This document shows, in pieces, positions 38,925 through 48,928 of a DNA stretch of 64,000 bases (position 1 is the first letter of the stretch; every line of letters starts with the position of its first letter). Both the position numbers and the translations under genes were made by a program. Location of the stretch: the NCBI GenBank assembly GCA_012295275.1, contig CM022674.1, forward strand, positions 8,494,001 through 8,558,000. The letters run 5' to 3'. Source of the DNA: Chrysomallon squamiferum. Taxonomy: Eukaryota; Animalia; Mollusca. The notes below the pieces were generated by a model, which saw only the letters and a list, made by a program, of their open reading frames with translations, made no database searches and had not been told where the DNA came from.

Positions 38925-41900
38925 ATAAATGTTACTTAAAAGGACTACAAGAATTCGATGTTGAACTAGAATCCTCTGCAATAATTGAGCTAATCCTTGG
39001 AGTCTACTCCATAAAGATGTTGCAGGTATTAATTAGGGGCAATAAAATGTATGTAATCATGGGACTAGTGGCAATTAAAAACACAGGTGTGATAAAGCTG
39101 TCATTTGAAGCAGACATAAAAGAATCTTCTTAGCTTTGTATTTGCTGTGATTTGACAGCAAACGGCAGTTACGTATCATCTGACCACTGTTGAAATTTTC
39201 TCTGATAGAGCTTATCAACAAGCAAAAATAATGTTTTAAAGCTGATCAATTTATGATTTTATATTTTTTTTAAAAGTGATTAATTTTTTTTTATTCAGCA
39301 TTCCATCAATACCTATAAATACATTATTCTATTATGTAATATAGTTTGTTATGTTTAATATTCTTAGTGCAAGAATTTTGAAAGCAAATTAATCGACTGT
39401 TTTAGAACGGAAGTAATGGGCAAAACAATGTTAATTCATTTATTTCTGAACGTATTCATATTATATTCAGTAAAAGTAACATAATGAAGCATGCATCCTA
39501 CAAGTTATTAAAAATCAACATAGAAATATAATCATTTCAAATAGCACCATTTCTTTTTAGTTGCACATAAAATCTACGGCAATTAGGCCGGTAGGAAATG
39601 TTTTCTGCAATTTCGCTACACACGTGCTTTAATGTGTATGTTAAAAGTAAGAACACTGAAGAAAAACTTTCAGCCAGCTTGTTATTAAAAATATAAACAA
39701 CATAAAAATATAATCATATAAAATAGTGCCAGACCTTTCTAGTTGTTATGGTGATTTCGTAGAAAATGTAACTTAATGGCAATTTTGCTAAGCATATGCT
39801 GTAGTGTCACACATTGTTTGAAAGATAATTGAATAAACTTTCATTTGATCCCGTGAACATGTTTTACTTTCAGCCTTTTGTTTTTCAAAACTGATTTGAA
39901 GGCATGAAAAAGTAAACTTTTGATACAAGCTATTGCCAGCAACGACATGCACACGGTTAGAAAGATTGAACACTGACCCTCCTAGCTATACTAAAAATAA
40001 CATTTTGGTGAAAACAAGGCTATTTTAGTACTTTACTACACGCTGTTAATTTCTGACCATGGGCACCGAAGTGCATGTACCCCCACCATATTTAACACTT
40101 GTACAAAGAACTGATTTAACATACAACAAAAACACCACCACCATTTAAATGAGTACATAATGATCTTTAGTTACATGTTATTTGTTTTTTATGGTAGGAT
40201 TTATAGGAAGGATTTGGGAGTGGAAGAAAATGGACAAAATCTGAACTTTTAATAGCTGCCGGTACCAACTACTAAAAAATGGTTTAGAAAATGACAGTTA
40301 AAAGCTCAAATGTTGTTTATGGAAAGTTCATGTGGGAAATATTTATTTTCACAGCTTAACTGAGGACTCATTTGTCAGAAGTTGTCAATGCCTTGCCAAT
40401 TTCACAAAACAGATTGATGCACAATAATGGGTTTGGTCACCTTTTTACCTCCTTCTAAAATGATTAATTCAATAATAGACAAAGCAACTGATTTTGTTAA
40501 TAGGTGTTTCTATTCAATTTGGCAGGGTTATGCTATATCATATACAGTATATATTTTTTGCTACTGATGTTCAGAAAGTTTGGGAAAATTTTTCTTCACT
40601 CTTATCAGTCCCGAAAGATGGTCATCATTACATCAGATTTAAAAAAAAAAAAAAATATTATTGTTATTATTTTTGTAATATTTTATCATAAAGTCAAGAA
40701 TCTTTACAATTTCTGATCTGTTCACTACTATTATAAATTTCTGTTTCTTATAAATCTGACATATGTCATTATGAAGGAATACATATTGACACCATTTTCT
40801 TGCATACTGTCTCTTAAAAGGAAATATATTTCATGAAAAGGAAACTTACCTGTTTCGGGAACCTTTGTAGACAAAGAACTTGGTACTTCATTGACAGGCT
40901 CAACAGCATCAACTGTTTCGGGCTTTTCCACCTCTGTGCTGTTTACTTTGACTTCAGCTTTACCTTCAACCACTAGTGCCAGTTCCTCTTCCGATACGTC
41001 AATCTTTTCTTCTTTTGGTGCCAATTCACTTGGAGCATCCATTTTAGATTCATTTGGTAATGTGGCAGAATGAACAATGTTCTTTTTGGCAGGCAAACTG
41101 GTATCTGTTTCGTAATTTGGGCCACTTGATTTTTCTGCTATAACTGTTTCTGTCACTTGCTGGTCTTCTGCTACAGTTTCTGACAGAGATTCCAATTTTT
41201 GCTCTGTATTCGAAGGAAGATTGTGTATCACAGTTTCACTGGTACTAACTACTGTTGCAGGTTGAGATGCTATAACAGATGAAGTATCCTTGTCAGTTTG
41301 AGCATCTGATGAAAGCTCAGAGTTCTTTTCTTTAGCTGGCTGATATGCAGCTTTCTTCTCCTCTGAAGAAAGATCTGGTTCATTCTTAGAGCTAAATCCT
41401 GATGGTAACTCTGCTGAACCGTGTGTGACATGTTTAATTTTAACATTTTCTACAGAATTTTGTTGTTTTGCAGGCACAAACTCTGGTGGTTGAGGTCCTG
41501 TATCAGGTGTCTGGTCTGAAGACGCGTTAGTTTGAATGGCTGGTTCATTCTGTACATAATCCTGTTTTTGAGAACTGGAGCTGTGTGTTGAAACAGGACG
41601 CAATGTAGCTGCTACTTGTGCGGCAAACTGAGCTGCAATGTCATTTGGAACTGCCACTGGTGGTGGGGTTGACTGGAAAGAAAAAAGATTTTATCATGTT
41701 TCTTGCTGTTGGCAATATGAAAGATTAGAATCAACCAATCAGTTTTCTCACAATGTTTCACCAGCAAAAATTACTCAAATCTCTTCAAGACAAAAACATG
41801 AAATCATATCAGTGAGTTGATGAATACAAAATACATTTGTTTTTGTTTCTCATTTATTCAGGATCCTGTGTAATTTCCATAGGAAAGTATTTAAAAAAAA

Positions 41901-44900
41901 AGAATAAATATATGACTAAATCTATTGATCCAGTGCCCTGATTTTAATGACATCCATGCCTATTTTTATTTTAATGTTATAAATAGAAGTCAAACACAAT
42001 GCACATTTAAAAAACAGTAACAATGTGAAATAACAAAACTTATTATCTGAAATAAAAACAAGAGTAACAGTTTTGCTGATTACTTCAATTAAAAAATGCA
42101 AACACCTACCCCAGCACTTCCTGGGACACCAGAACTACCAGGTGTACTTCGAGCACTTTCACCTGGTGGAGTTGACTTGAAATGCAGAATTTCTTCTGTT
42201 ACTTCCCTTCCTGTATTGGGATCAACTATTTTCACTGGTTTACGTTCACGCTTGTTTGTGGGTGCTGCTACTGCTCCTGGAGCTGAAGGCGGTCTCTGCG
42301 GTTGAGTGACAGGCATAGGCTGACTCTGGTAGTACAAAGGAAAAGTCTGACTGGGGTACTGTTGACTTGACTGGTATTGCGCAGTGGGAGGGTATGGCTG
42401 CTGAATAGTCTGAGCAGGTGGAATGGTATATGTACTTGTTGGCATTCTCTGGCCTATAGAATACTACAAAGGAAAAACACAACTTTCAAAAAACATTACA
42501 GAAGATACCAAACTGAAACAACAAAAAATTAAAAATGCTCTAGAACATACAATCTCAAATCTTCCTTTACCTACATCTTTAACATCCACTTTGCTACAGT
42601 TAAAAAAATAAAATAATAATAACTTTGACCCGTCAAAGAATGGAATAGAAAAAATGGTTCAAGAAATAAGTTTTCAAATTACATTTAGGGAATGCGGGGT
42701 TAAGGATTAAAAGGTATTTTGGAAGATACTAGACAAAATCCATTCTTAACTATTTACTAAGTTCCTTAAGAGATCATGCAGTCGTGTAATCTAATTTTTT
42801 TTTAAATTCTTAACCGATTTGGCTGCTATTGTAATAGAGTGTTAGTTATATATTAGAATAGATATAAAAATGAAAACAGAAAGAAAAAATTAAAATTAAA
42901 TCAAAATTGCAAAGGAGCCCAGATTATGTCGATTTCATTGATTTCAAAATCTGGATCTCCACAGCTGACAATTCAGTTGAGCTCAGATTTGGCAAATAAT
43001 TAATAATGCATGTTATTAAACTTTGCTGTTTTTCCATTTAGGTTCTTTCCCTTTTGATTTTTAAAATGTTCATACAAAATTATAAACAACAAATTACTAT
43101 TTTGTATTTAACTTTTTCTTTGCTACCAATATTGTTATGAAGAAAATCTTTAAATTTCTAAAGATTCTGTTGGAAATTTGCCAAGATTTATATAAAAAGT
43201 GAAGGCTGTTCAGTAAAAATATCCAATTGAGAAAATGTTAAAGTTGGAGAATATTTTTCTCTCAGTCCCTCAAGCATATTGAAGCCAATTTACACCTCAG
43301 ACCCTTTCCAAAAGCAATTGCATATTTTTGCTTGCAGTCTGACATTTTATTTGGGTACATTTGTATGAAATAGCTGTTAAACAGCTAACTGAAAAATAGT
43401 GACAAATAAATAAAGATGTATGTGTACAGAGTTACATGACCCATTTTAGCCAATCACCGTTTCTTACTGAATACTACTGTCTTAGTTGTTTGTGGATAGT
43501 ATGGCCTCCTTTTCTAGCCAATAACTCAAGAAATGGCTTAATACTACTACAACTTGCTGTACCATCATACAGTGTACAAATTAGAGCTTTCTGCCAGTAT
43601 GTGGTGTGTCAACAGAAGTTCAAAATGTCAGAAGATGAATGCATTCAAACAGGTGCAATTTTTGAAGACTTTTGTGTTACTGAACACAACCAAAATAAAA
43701 TGATAGGAGTGTTGTAAAAATTTACATTTAGATTTACCTGTGTGTGTTTGGGTATAAAAGTACAGCTAACTACAGAGGTGTAACCTGACCCAAACACAAA
43801 CACACTTAGTTAATAAACTTTATAATAAACAGAATATGTTTCATTTGCCCTTGTTTTTGATATACAGAACTGCTTTAATGCCAGTTCCATGAAACAGTAA
43901 TGATCAGTTTACTACTTTGTGGATAAATGATTCAAAATGGTATATTTGGATTAATTTTAGAGTAAGTAAGGTTGTATAAAAATGCAAATATTTTTATTAA
44001 TTTTCTTATTTTAAACAAACAGTCCACACTGAAATAAAAAAATAAATACAACATGCTTGCTATTCAAAACTGATTATTTACCCCCATCATCTGTTGCTGC
44101 GGCACCATGACACTGCCTGCTGGATACTGGTGTGGTTGCTGTCCCATGTACATGTAAACTGGCTGGTTCGCCTGTGCCAGTTGGGCATTTGGGAATGACC
44201 TCTGAGATTGCATACTTTGTTGATTATTCCCAAAATATGACTGAAATCACAAAATTAAAAATAAAGAGTTATTCATAATTTAAAAATGCTGTATTATGAA
44301 AGTTAATTTGAAACAATGCAGAAATGATGAATTTTACATTCACAGAGTTCTTGCTACATAGTGTAAAGATGGCAGGGCCACTATCCCTTATGGCTTACAA
44401 CGAATTTGCCCACTATTCATTAGAAATATCTACCACCTGTTTATTTAGTGAACTTCATTTTGTATAATAAATTAAACACTTTGATTTTATTTAATTGCTA
44501 GTACAGTAACCTGTTAATAATGCATTTGATTAATTATTTATAAGAGTATTTTTGACAAGTAATTTGAACATTGTTCGAAGTACTTATACCCTGAACATTT
44601 TCTGCAGCATCCCTTAATTTAATTAGCACCACTTACACTGATTCTGGCTATCCCTTTCACAAATGCTGGGGAGACCACTGATTTACCTCACGTTTTTTCT
44701 AGCTGACTAAGTACGAATACTTCAAATTATCTCATCTGCTTACAATTAAAGGTTCAATAATATCAACATTTCCTGTAATATTGTATTTTTCTAGGGTTCT
44801 CAGACAGGCTTTTTCAAATGCTTTTTTTAGATATGAAGTGCCAAAATATTCAGGATCAATGAAAACCATTACCAATATCTTGACTATAAATACCTGTGAC

Positions 44901-47450
44901 AGTATTCCAGGTTGTTGGTATATATTAGCTGTTTGTTGGGGTATGCCTGGGGCAGGCAAGTGTCCCGCTACCACCGACTGTTTACTCATGTCATGAGGAA
45001 GGGGTGCCTGTACTGGATAACTCTGAAATGCAATTTTAGCTATTTAATTTCAGCCATATTATAACTATATACAGTATTCCCTCGCTATTCGCGGGGGTTA
45101 CGTTCTTACCCCCCACGAATAGCGAAAAACCGCGAATATTGGATGCAGTTTTAAAACGTCTATTATGAGATTATATACGGTACTAAATGCTTCCCAAACA
45201 CTTTCTAAAGACACTGTTATTCATTAATACAGTAATAATGTAGTAATATTGCATGCAGTTATGTATTTCACTAATGTAGTAATGATAATGTAAACACATT
45301 TTAATTTTGTACTGAAACAATATTTTAATCAGAAAGAAACGTAAGTACAGGAGGACAGTAACACCGCATAGCATAGTTACCCATACAGTATTACTGTACC
45401 GTAAAGTCATTTTCTATGCGTACAACATATGTATTAGAATTGACAGAAAGTGGAACAAATTTAAAGGCAAACAGACAGATAAATACAGTACGCACAGTTC
45501 AGGTAATAATAATACAATTCAGTAATAATATGCAATTAAAAACATTATTAACACACGGTCACCAAAAATATGCACTGTACATACAGTGTATGCATTTATA
45601 AAAAAATACGTACTGTATTGCAATAATAATTGAAAAAATTTGATATTGTTTGTGCGGTTTACCGAGCATTTGTTTTTATGACGTTATGACGCTCGCCTGG
45701 TATACCAGCATACAATGCGATAGGGTTAAGAGCCTAACCCGCGAATGGGGAACCGCGAACAGGTGAGGGTATACTGTATTGCACTTTTATATCAGACAAA
45801 GTACTACATACTATATTTCTGTAAGGGAAAAAATGTATTCAGGTAATTGTATATAAATAATTAAAAAAAAAAAAAAAATTATATATAAATGAAAAATAAA
45901 AATTATGTAAAGTTCTGAAATAAGCTACATTTAAAAACCTTGTACTTTTTTTTGTTGTTGAAATTTGAATGTTTCCACTTTTTTTAAAAGACATTTTTGT
46001 CCTTCATTTAATTATGTAATAACTAACAGTGGAGAATATATGAAACAAGAAAAATAGTAAGAAAAGAAAAGAAAAATAAAGTGTTCAAAAGTAACATTAA
46101 AACCAATTCACCTCATTTCCAACAAACAAAAATTTCATCAACAATTACATCAGGATAGACAGTAACTGTTCATTTTCAATATTATTGTTTTAAGCAAACG
46201 AAACTTACTGGCTGCACTGTTGTGTAGTTCTGTGACTGTTGCTGAAAACTTGTAAACTCGTCAGTACCTGAAAAGAAATTTATATTTCACACAATCTCTT
46301 AAAATTCTGCATGATATACTTTTCACTTCTATTTATGGACCAAATGAATGAAAACACAAAAGAAAGTGCAATCTGGCTTATAAATCTTGTTCAAGAATAA
46401 TCTGAGATACTTCTGCGAAACAAAATGACAACCAGACCATCTGTTTTTCCAAACAAAACTATGGAAGCAAATGTAATTTTTTTACCTCTTGAAGTAAATT
46501 CAGTACTTGTAATAACAGAACTGATCTAAAATTAAAAATTTACATTCTGCTAGAAATGATTTAATCCTCAGTTGGTATAAAATACGCTCACATATTTTAG
46601 TAAAAACTGTTGTCCAACAAGGATAGAATAATCATAAACTAAGATACAAATTAAGTTGATTTGATATTCTATTATCATATACCAGTTCTTGATTGTGTGA
46701 ACAGCAGAATAATAACTGAAGAAAGCTTTAGATTTATTTATATTATGTATTACATTTTATCTAAGAATTTATATACCAATCACTAAATTAAATACAAAGA
46801 TTATGCATGCATGTACATCAATGTTAGCGTGACTCTTACATTAAGGTATCTGTTTTTCATAATACAAGATATAACTCATTTTCAGTTTAAGAAATTTGAA
46901 TGGATGTTTTAGAGGTGTTAAAGCAAAAATTTAATCATATGTTAAGAGCCGATCACAGGTTTCCACATTAAAATAAAACTAGTGTCCAATTATGTCATCA
47001 CAAATTGTTACTGTAAAGAATCATTTTTGTTCTTAAACCAAAGCAATAAGAAAATCAGTAAGAAAATACTTTAAAAGCCTAGATATTTTTCACTTCTTTA
47101 TTACTGAATCAACATATGGCAGTATGAAATTTGAACTGTTTTTGAACATAATGGATTAAGTAAATGTATTATGACCATTAAAGGCACCACTGTCATTACA
47201 AAAAATGTAATATAGTTATGACACTACAGCAGTTACCCGAAAATAATCAAAAATTCAGACATTGACTTTATTTCAAGAATGAACTCTATTCACTTGGTTT
47301 CATTTTGAAAAACACAAAGGCCACTATTTAACATACAATAAAATGAAATGGATAAATCCAAAATAAAAAATGGCCTTTATCCTGAACTTGATTACACATT
47401 TCGATCTCAGTCACAATTAGGTCCATTAATAACAGTTTTGTACTTACCAT
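23477..47450 (-). CDS. EIF4G: Eukaryotic translation initiation factor 4 gamma (eIF4G1/3 type), multi-exon; 5' end tentative
   Basis: P/Q-rich N-terminal exons (45022-44894, 44240-44082). PABP motif [22 protein letters not shown] (exon 42463-42110). eIF4E motif YDRNFLL (exon 33337-33204). MIF4[12 protein letters not shown]...FEKAISEPSF. MA3 IIDEYLH and [11 protein letters not shown]2 ending [15 protein letters not shown] (TGA 23479-23477). The start at 47450 (ATG|GTAAGT, then exons 46525-46486 and 46267-46209) is inferred from frame only. Confidence 0.96.
25129..27018. mobile_element. Non-autonomous TIR DNA transposon, copy 1 (1.9 kb)
   Basis: 13-bp perfect TIR TAGGTACCGGCAG...CTGCCGGTACCTA, flanked both sides by CTTTTAA. 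The interior is similar to 38546-40268. No transposase ORF. Confidence 0.9.
32686..32757 (-). ncRNA. Intronic box C/D snoRNA, snR57-like (18S rRNA guide)
   Basis: Minus strand reads CAGGCCT-GTGATGA(box C)...GAATTCCTCGTTT-CTGA(box D)-AGGCCTG. It has a 7-bp terminal stem and 12-nt complementarity to conserved 18S AACGAGGAAUUC, and is sense to the eIF4G host. Confidence 0.88.
37312..37383 (-). ncRNA. SNORD2: Box C/D snoRNA SNORD2/snR39B family, copy A
   Basis: TGATGTT-GTGATGA-CTATCTTTCGGGA-CTGA(D')...CTGA-ACATCA. The guide is complementary to 28S CCCGAAAGAUGG. Confidence 0.92.
37988..38061 (-). ncRNA. SNORD2: Box C/D snoRNA SNORD2/snR39B family, copy B
   Basis: TTGATGTT-ATGATGA-CTATCTTTCGGGA-CTGA...GTGAAGA(C')...CTGA-ACATCAA. 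Confidence 0.92.
38137..38406 (+). mobile_element. MITE-like repeat with CAG termini (hAT-like), copy 1
   Basis: Reverse-complement match to 44343-44680 including an identical 44-nt end (cagtggtctccccagcatttgtgaaagggatagccagaatcagt). TIRs are imperfect and there is no clear TSD. Confidence 0.75.
38454..38524 (-). ncRNA. SNORD2: Box C/D snoRNA SNORD2/snR39B family, copy C
   Basis: TGATGTA-ATGATGA-CCATCTTTCGGGA-CTGA...ATGAGGA(C')...CTGA-ACATCA. Confidence 0.92.
38546..40268. mobile_element. Non-autonomous TIR DNA transposon, copy 2 (same family and orientation as 25129-27018)
   Basis: Starts TAGGTACCAGCA and ends CTGCCGGTACCAA. Long collinear similarity to copy 1, with about 300 bp missing near the left end. 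Confidence 0.88.
40564..40636 (-). ncRNA. SNORD2: Box C/D snoRNA SNORD2/snR39B family, copy D
   Basis: CTGATGTA-ATGATGA-CCATCTTTCGGGA-CTGA...GTGAAGA(C')...CTGA-ACATCAG. Confidence 0.92.
44343..44680 (-). mobile_element. MITE-like repeat, copy 2 (inverted relative to 38137-38406)
   Basis: Both ends and the interior match copy 1 in reverse complement. Confidence 0.75.
45072..45776. mobile_element. Tc1/mariner (pogo/Tigger-like) MITE, 705 bp
   Basis: TA|CAGTATTCCCTCGCTATTCGCGG ... CCGCGAACAGGTGAGGGTATACTG|TA. Imperfect TIRs with CAGT ends, TA target duplication and repeated CCGCGAA subterminal motifs. Confidence 0.9.
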
Positions 47451-47972
47451 TGATTAGTGAAAATGTTAAATCACATTTTTTGAACTTTCACTTGAATTCA
47501 TCTGGTGATATTTTTCTGATTGTTTTTCTGAATAATTTAATTCTTATAATTTCGTCCATTTTTGGGAGTAAATCGAATATATATATATTTTTTTTTTTAA
47601 ATAAAAAAACAGAACAAAAATAATGTACTTTTAAAATACCGTTTTGGGCAAAAATATATGTATCATTATGGAAAAATTTTATAGTAGAGGTACACAAATT
47701 AAGTGAATGTATGACTAAATCGGTCAAGCGAAAGTTTAACAAAAACGTGACAAAGAATCAATGCATTAAACCCCGCCTACCCATATGAACAAAAAATATA
47801 ACTATTAAGCAACTAGTTTACAGTTCGTTTAAAGACAAATTAAATATTGGTAAAAATAAAATAATTATGAAATGGGTAAACAAAAACTGTGCCTAAATAT
47901 ATCGTACATTATTCACATGACAGCTTGCTGGGCTACCACGTTGCGAGGCAGTCTGGATCCATTACCAGACAT

Positions 47973-48400
47973 CTGGCCTTTTCTTTTCAACTATGATACT
48001 GAACAAAATTAGTTTCATGATACATAAATAGGAAAATTTGAAGATTAGATAGTCGCTGAATACCTCTTGCCTGAGATTGGACGCCCTGATTCGGTGGTGA
48101 TACGGATGGTTTTCTTTTCGGTAAGCTCATTTCAACGTGAAAGAGGAAGTGAAGTCCTTGGTTAAGGACCGTTCCGTTGCTTGTTTCCAAGCTCTATCTC
48201 CTATAGGGTGAAAAATATATCTTATAACGTATGTATCATATTTCAGATTATAAAGATATATTGTCATCATGAACTAAATCGCCGTTTTTGTTATAGGATG
48301 ATGCCAGATTGTTTACAACCATATCAATATGGCTACATTACCGTACCTGCAGGAGATGGCTTCGGCAATATCCGGAAATGCGCAGGTCTACTTCTGGTAA
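47973..48400. promoter_or_regulatory. Probable bidirectional promoter region eIF4G/PQLC2
   Basis: Head-to-head genes, local CpG retention, and ETS-like AGGAAGTG (about 48143) and CCGGAAAT (48372). Confidence 0.6.
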
Positions 48401-48928
48401 GGTTAAAGGTCATTTAAGGTGTCACGGGTTATGTTGAATGTACAGTCAGCTGCTTGTGGTTTGTATAAATTTGAAACAGAAAATTATTACTTTTATTAGT
48501 TTACATTTTTCGAATTATTTTACTGTTTAAATACATACAACCAACAAGTTTACTCAGTTTTATTTTACATAAACGTAGAGCAAAATGTATTAAGTACTAT
48601 ATAAATAAAATGTTAGACTGTTACCTACATAATAATTAATACTGAGTTAGTAACTTAGTACTAGTAGTTACTTCTAGTCTATTCATTTTGATGTGTAATA
48701 ATTAGGCTTGGTTACGTTTGAATGTATAAATTATTACTTAATGACATAATTGCAAGATTAATGCATTACATATTAACTATTATACTAAATCGTGTCTATT
48801 CGTTAATCATTGATATAACAACATACTCTGTTGATCTATATAATATATAAAGATTTAATCTTTAAAATTTAAAATATATATATATATATATATATAGATA
48901 TATTATAATGCAGATTACCTAGACAATT

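Noticed and set aside
37312-40636. Repeated tcagtcccgaaagat(a/g)gtcatca motif as a CRISPR-like array or rRNA fragments
   Set aside because: Spacing is irregular (0.5-2 kb), the context is a eukaryotic intron, and each copy has C/D boxes and terminal stems on the minus strand. snoRNA explains it.
43436-43717. 93-aa ORF with two CCAAT boxes, possibly a decayed transposase start
   Set aside because: No recognisable catalytic motif or defined element ends. Too weak to call.
46080-46150. Possible C/D snoRNA (TTGATGA...TTGA) in an eIF4G 5' intron
   Set aside because: Non-canonical D box, minimal stem and no recognisable guide.
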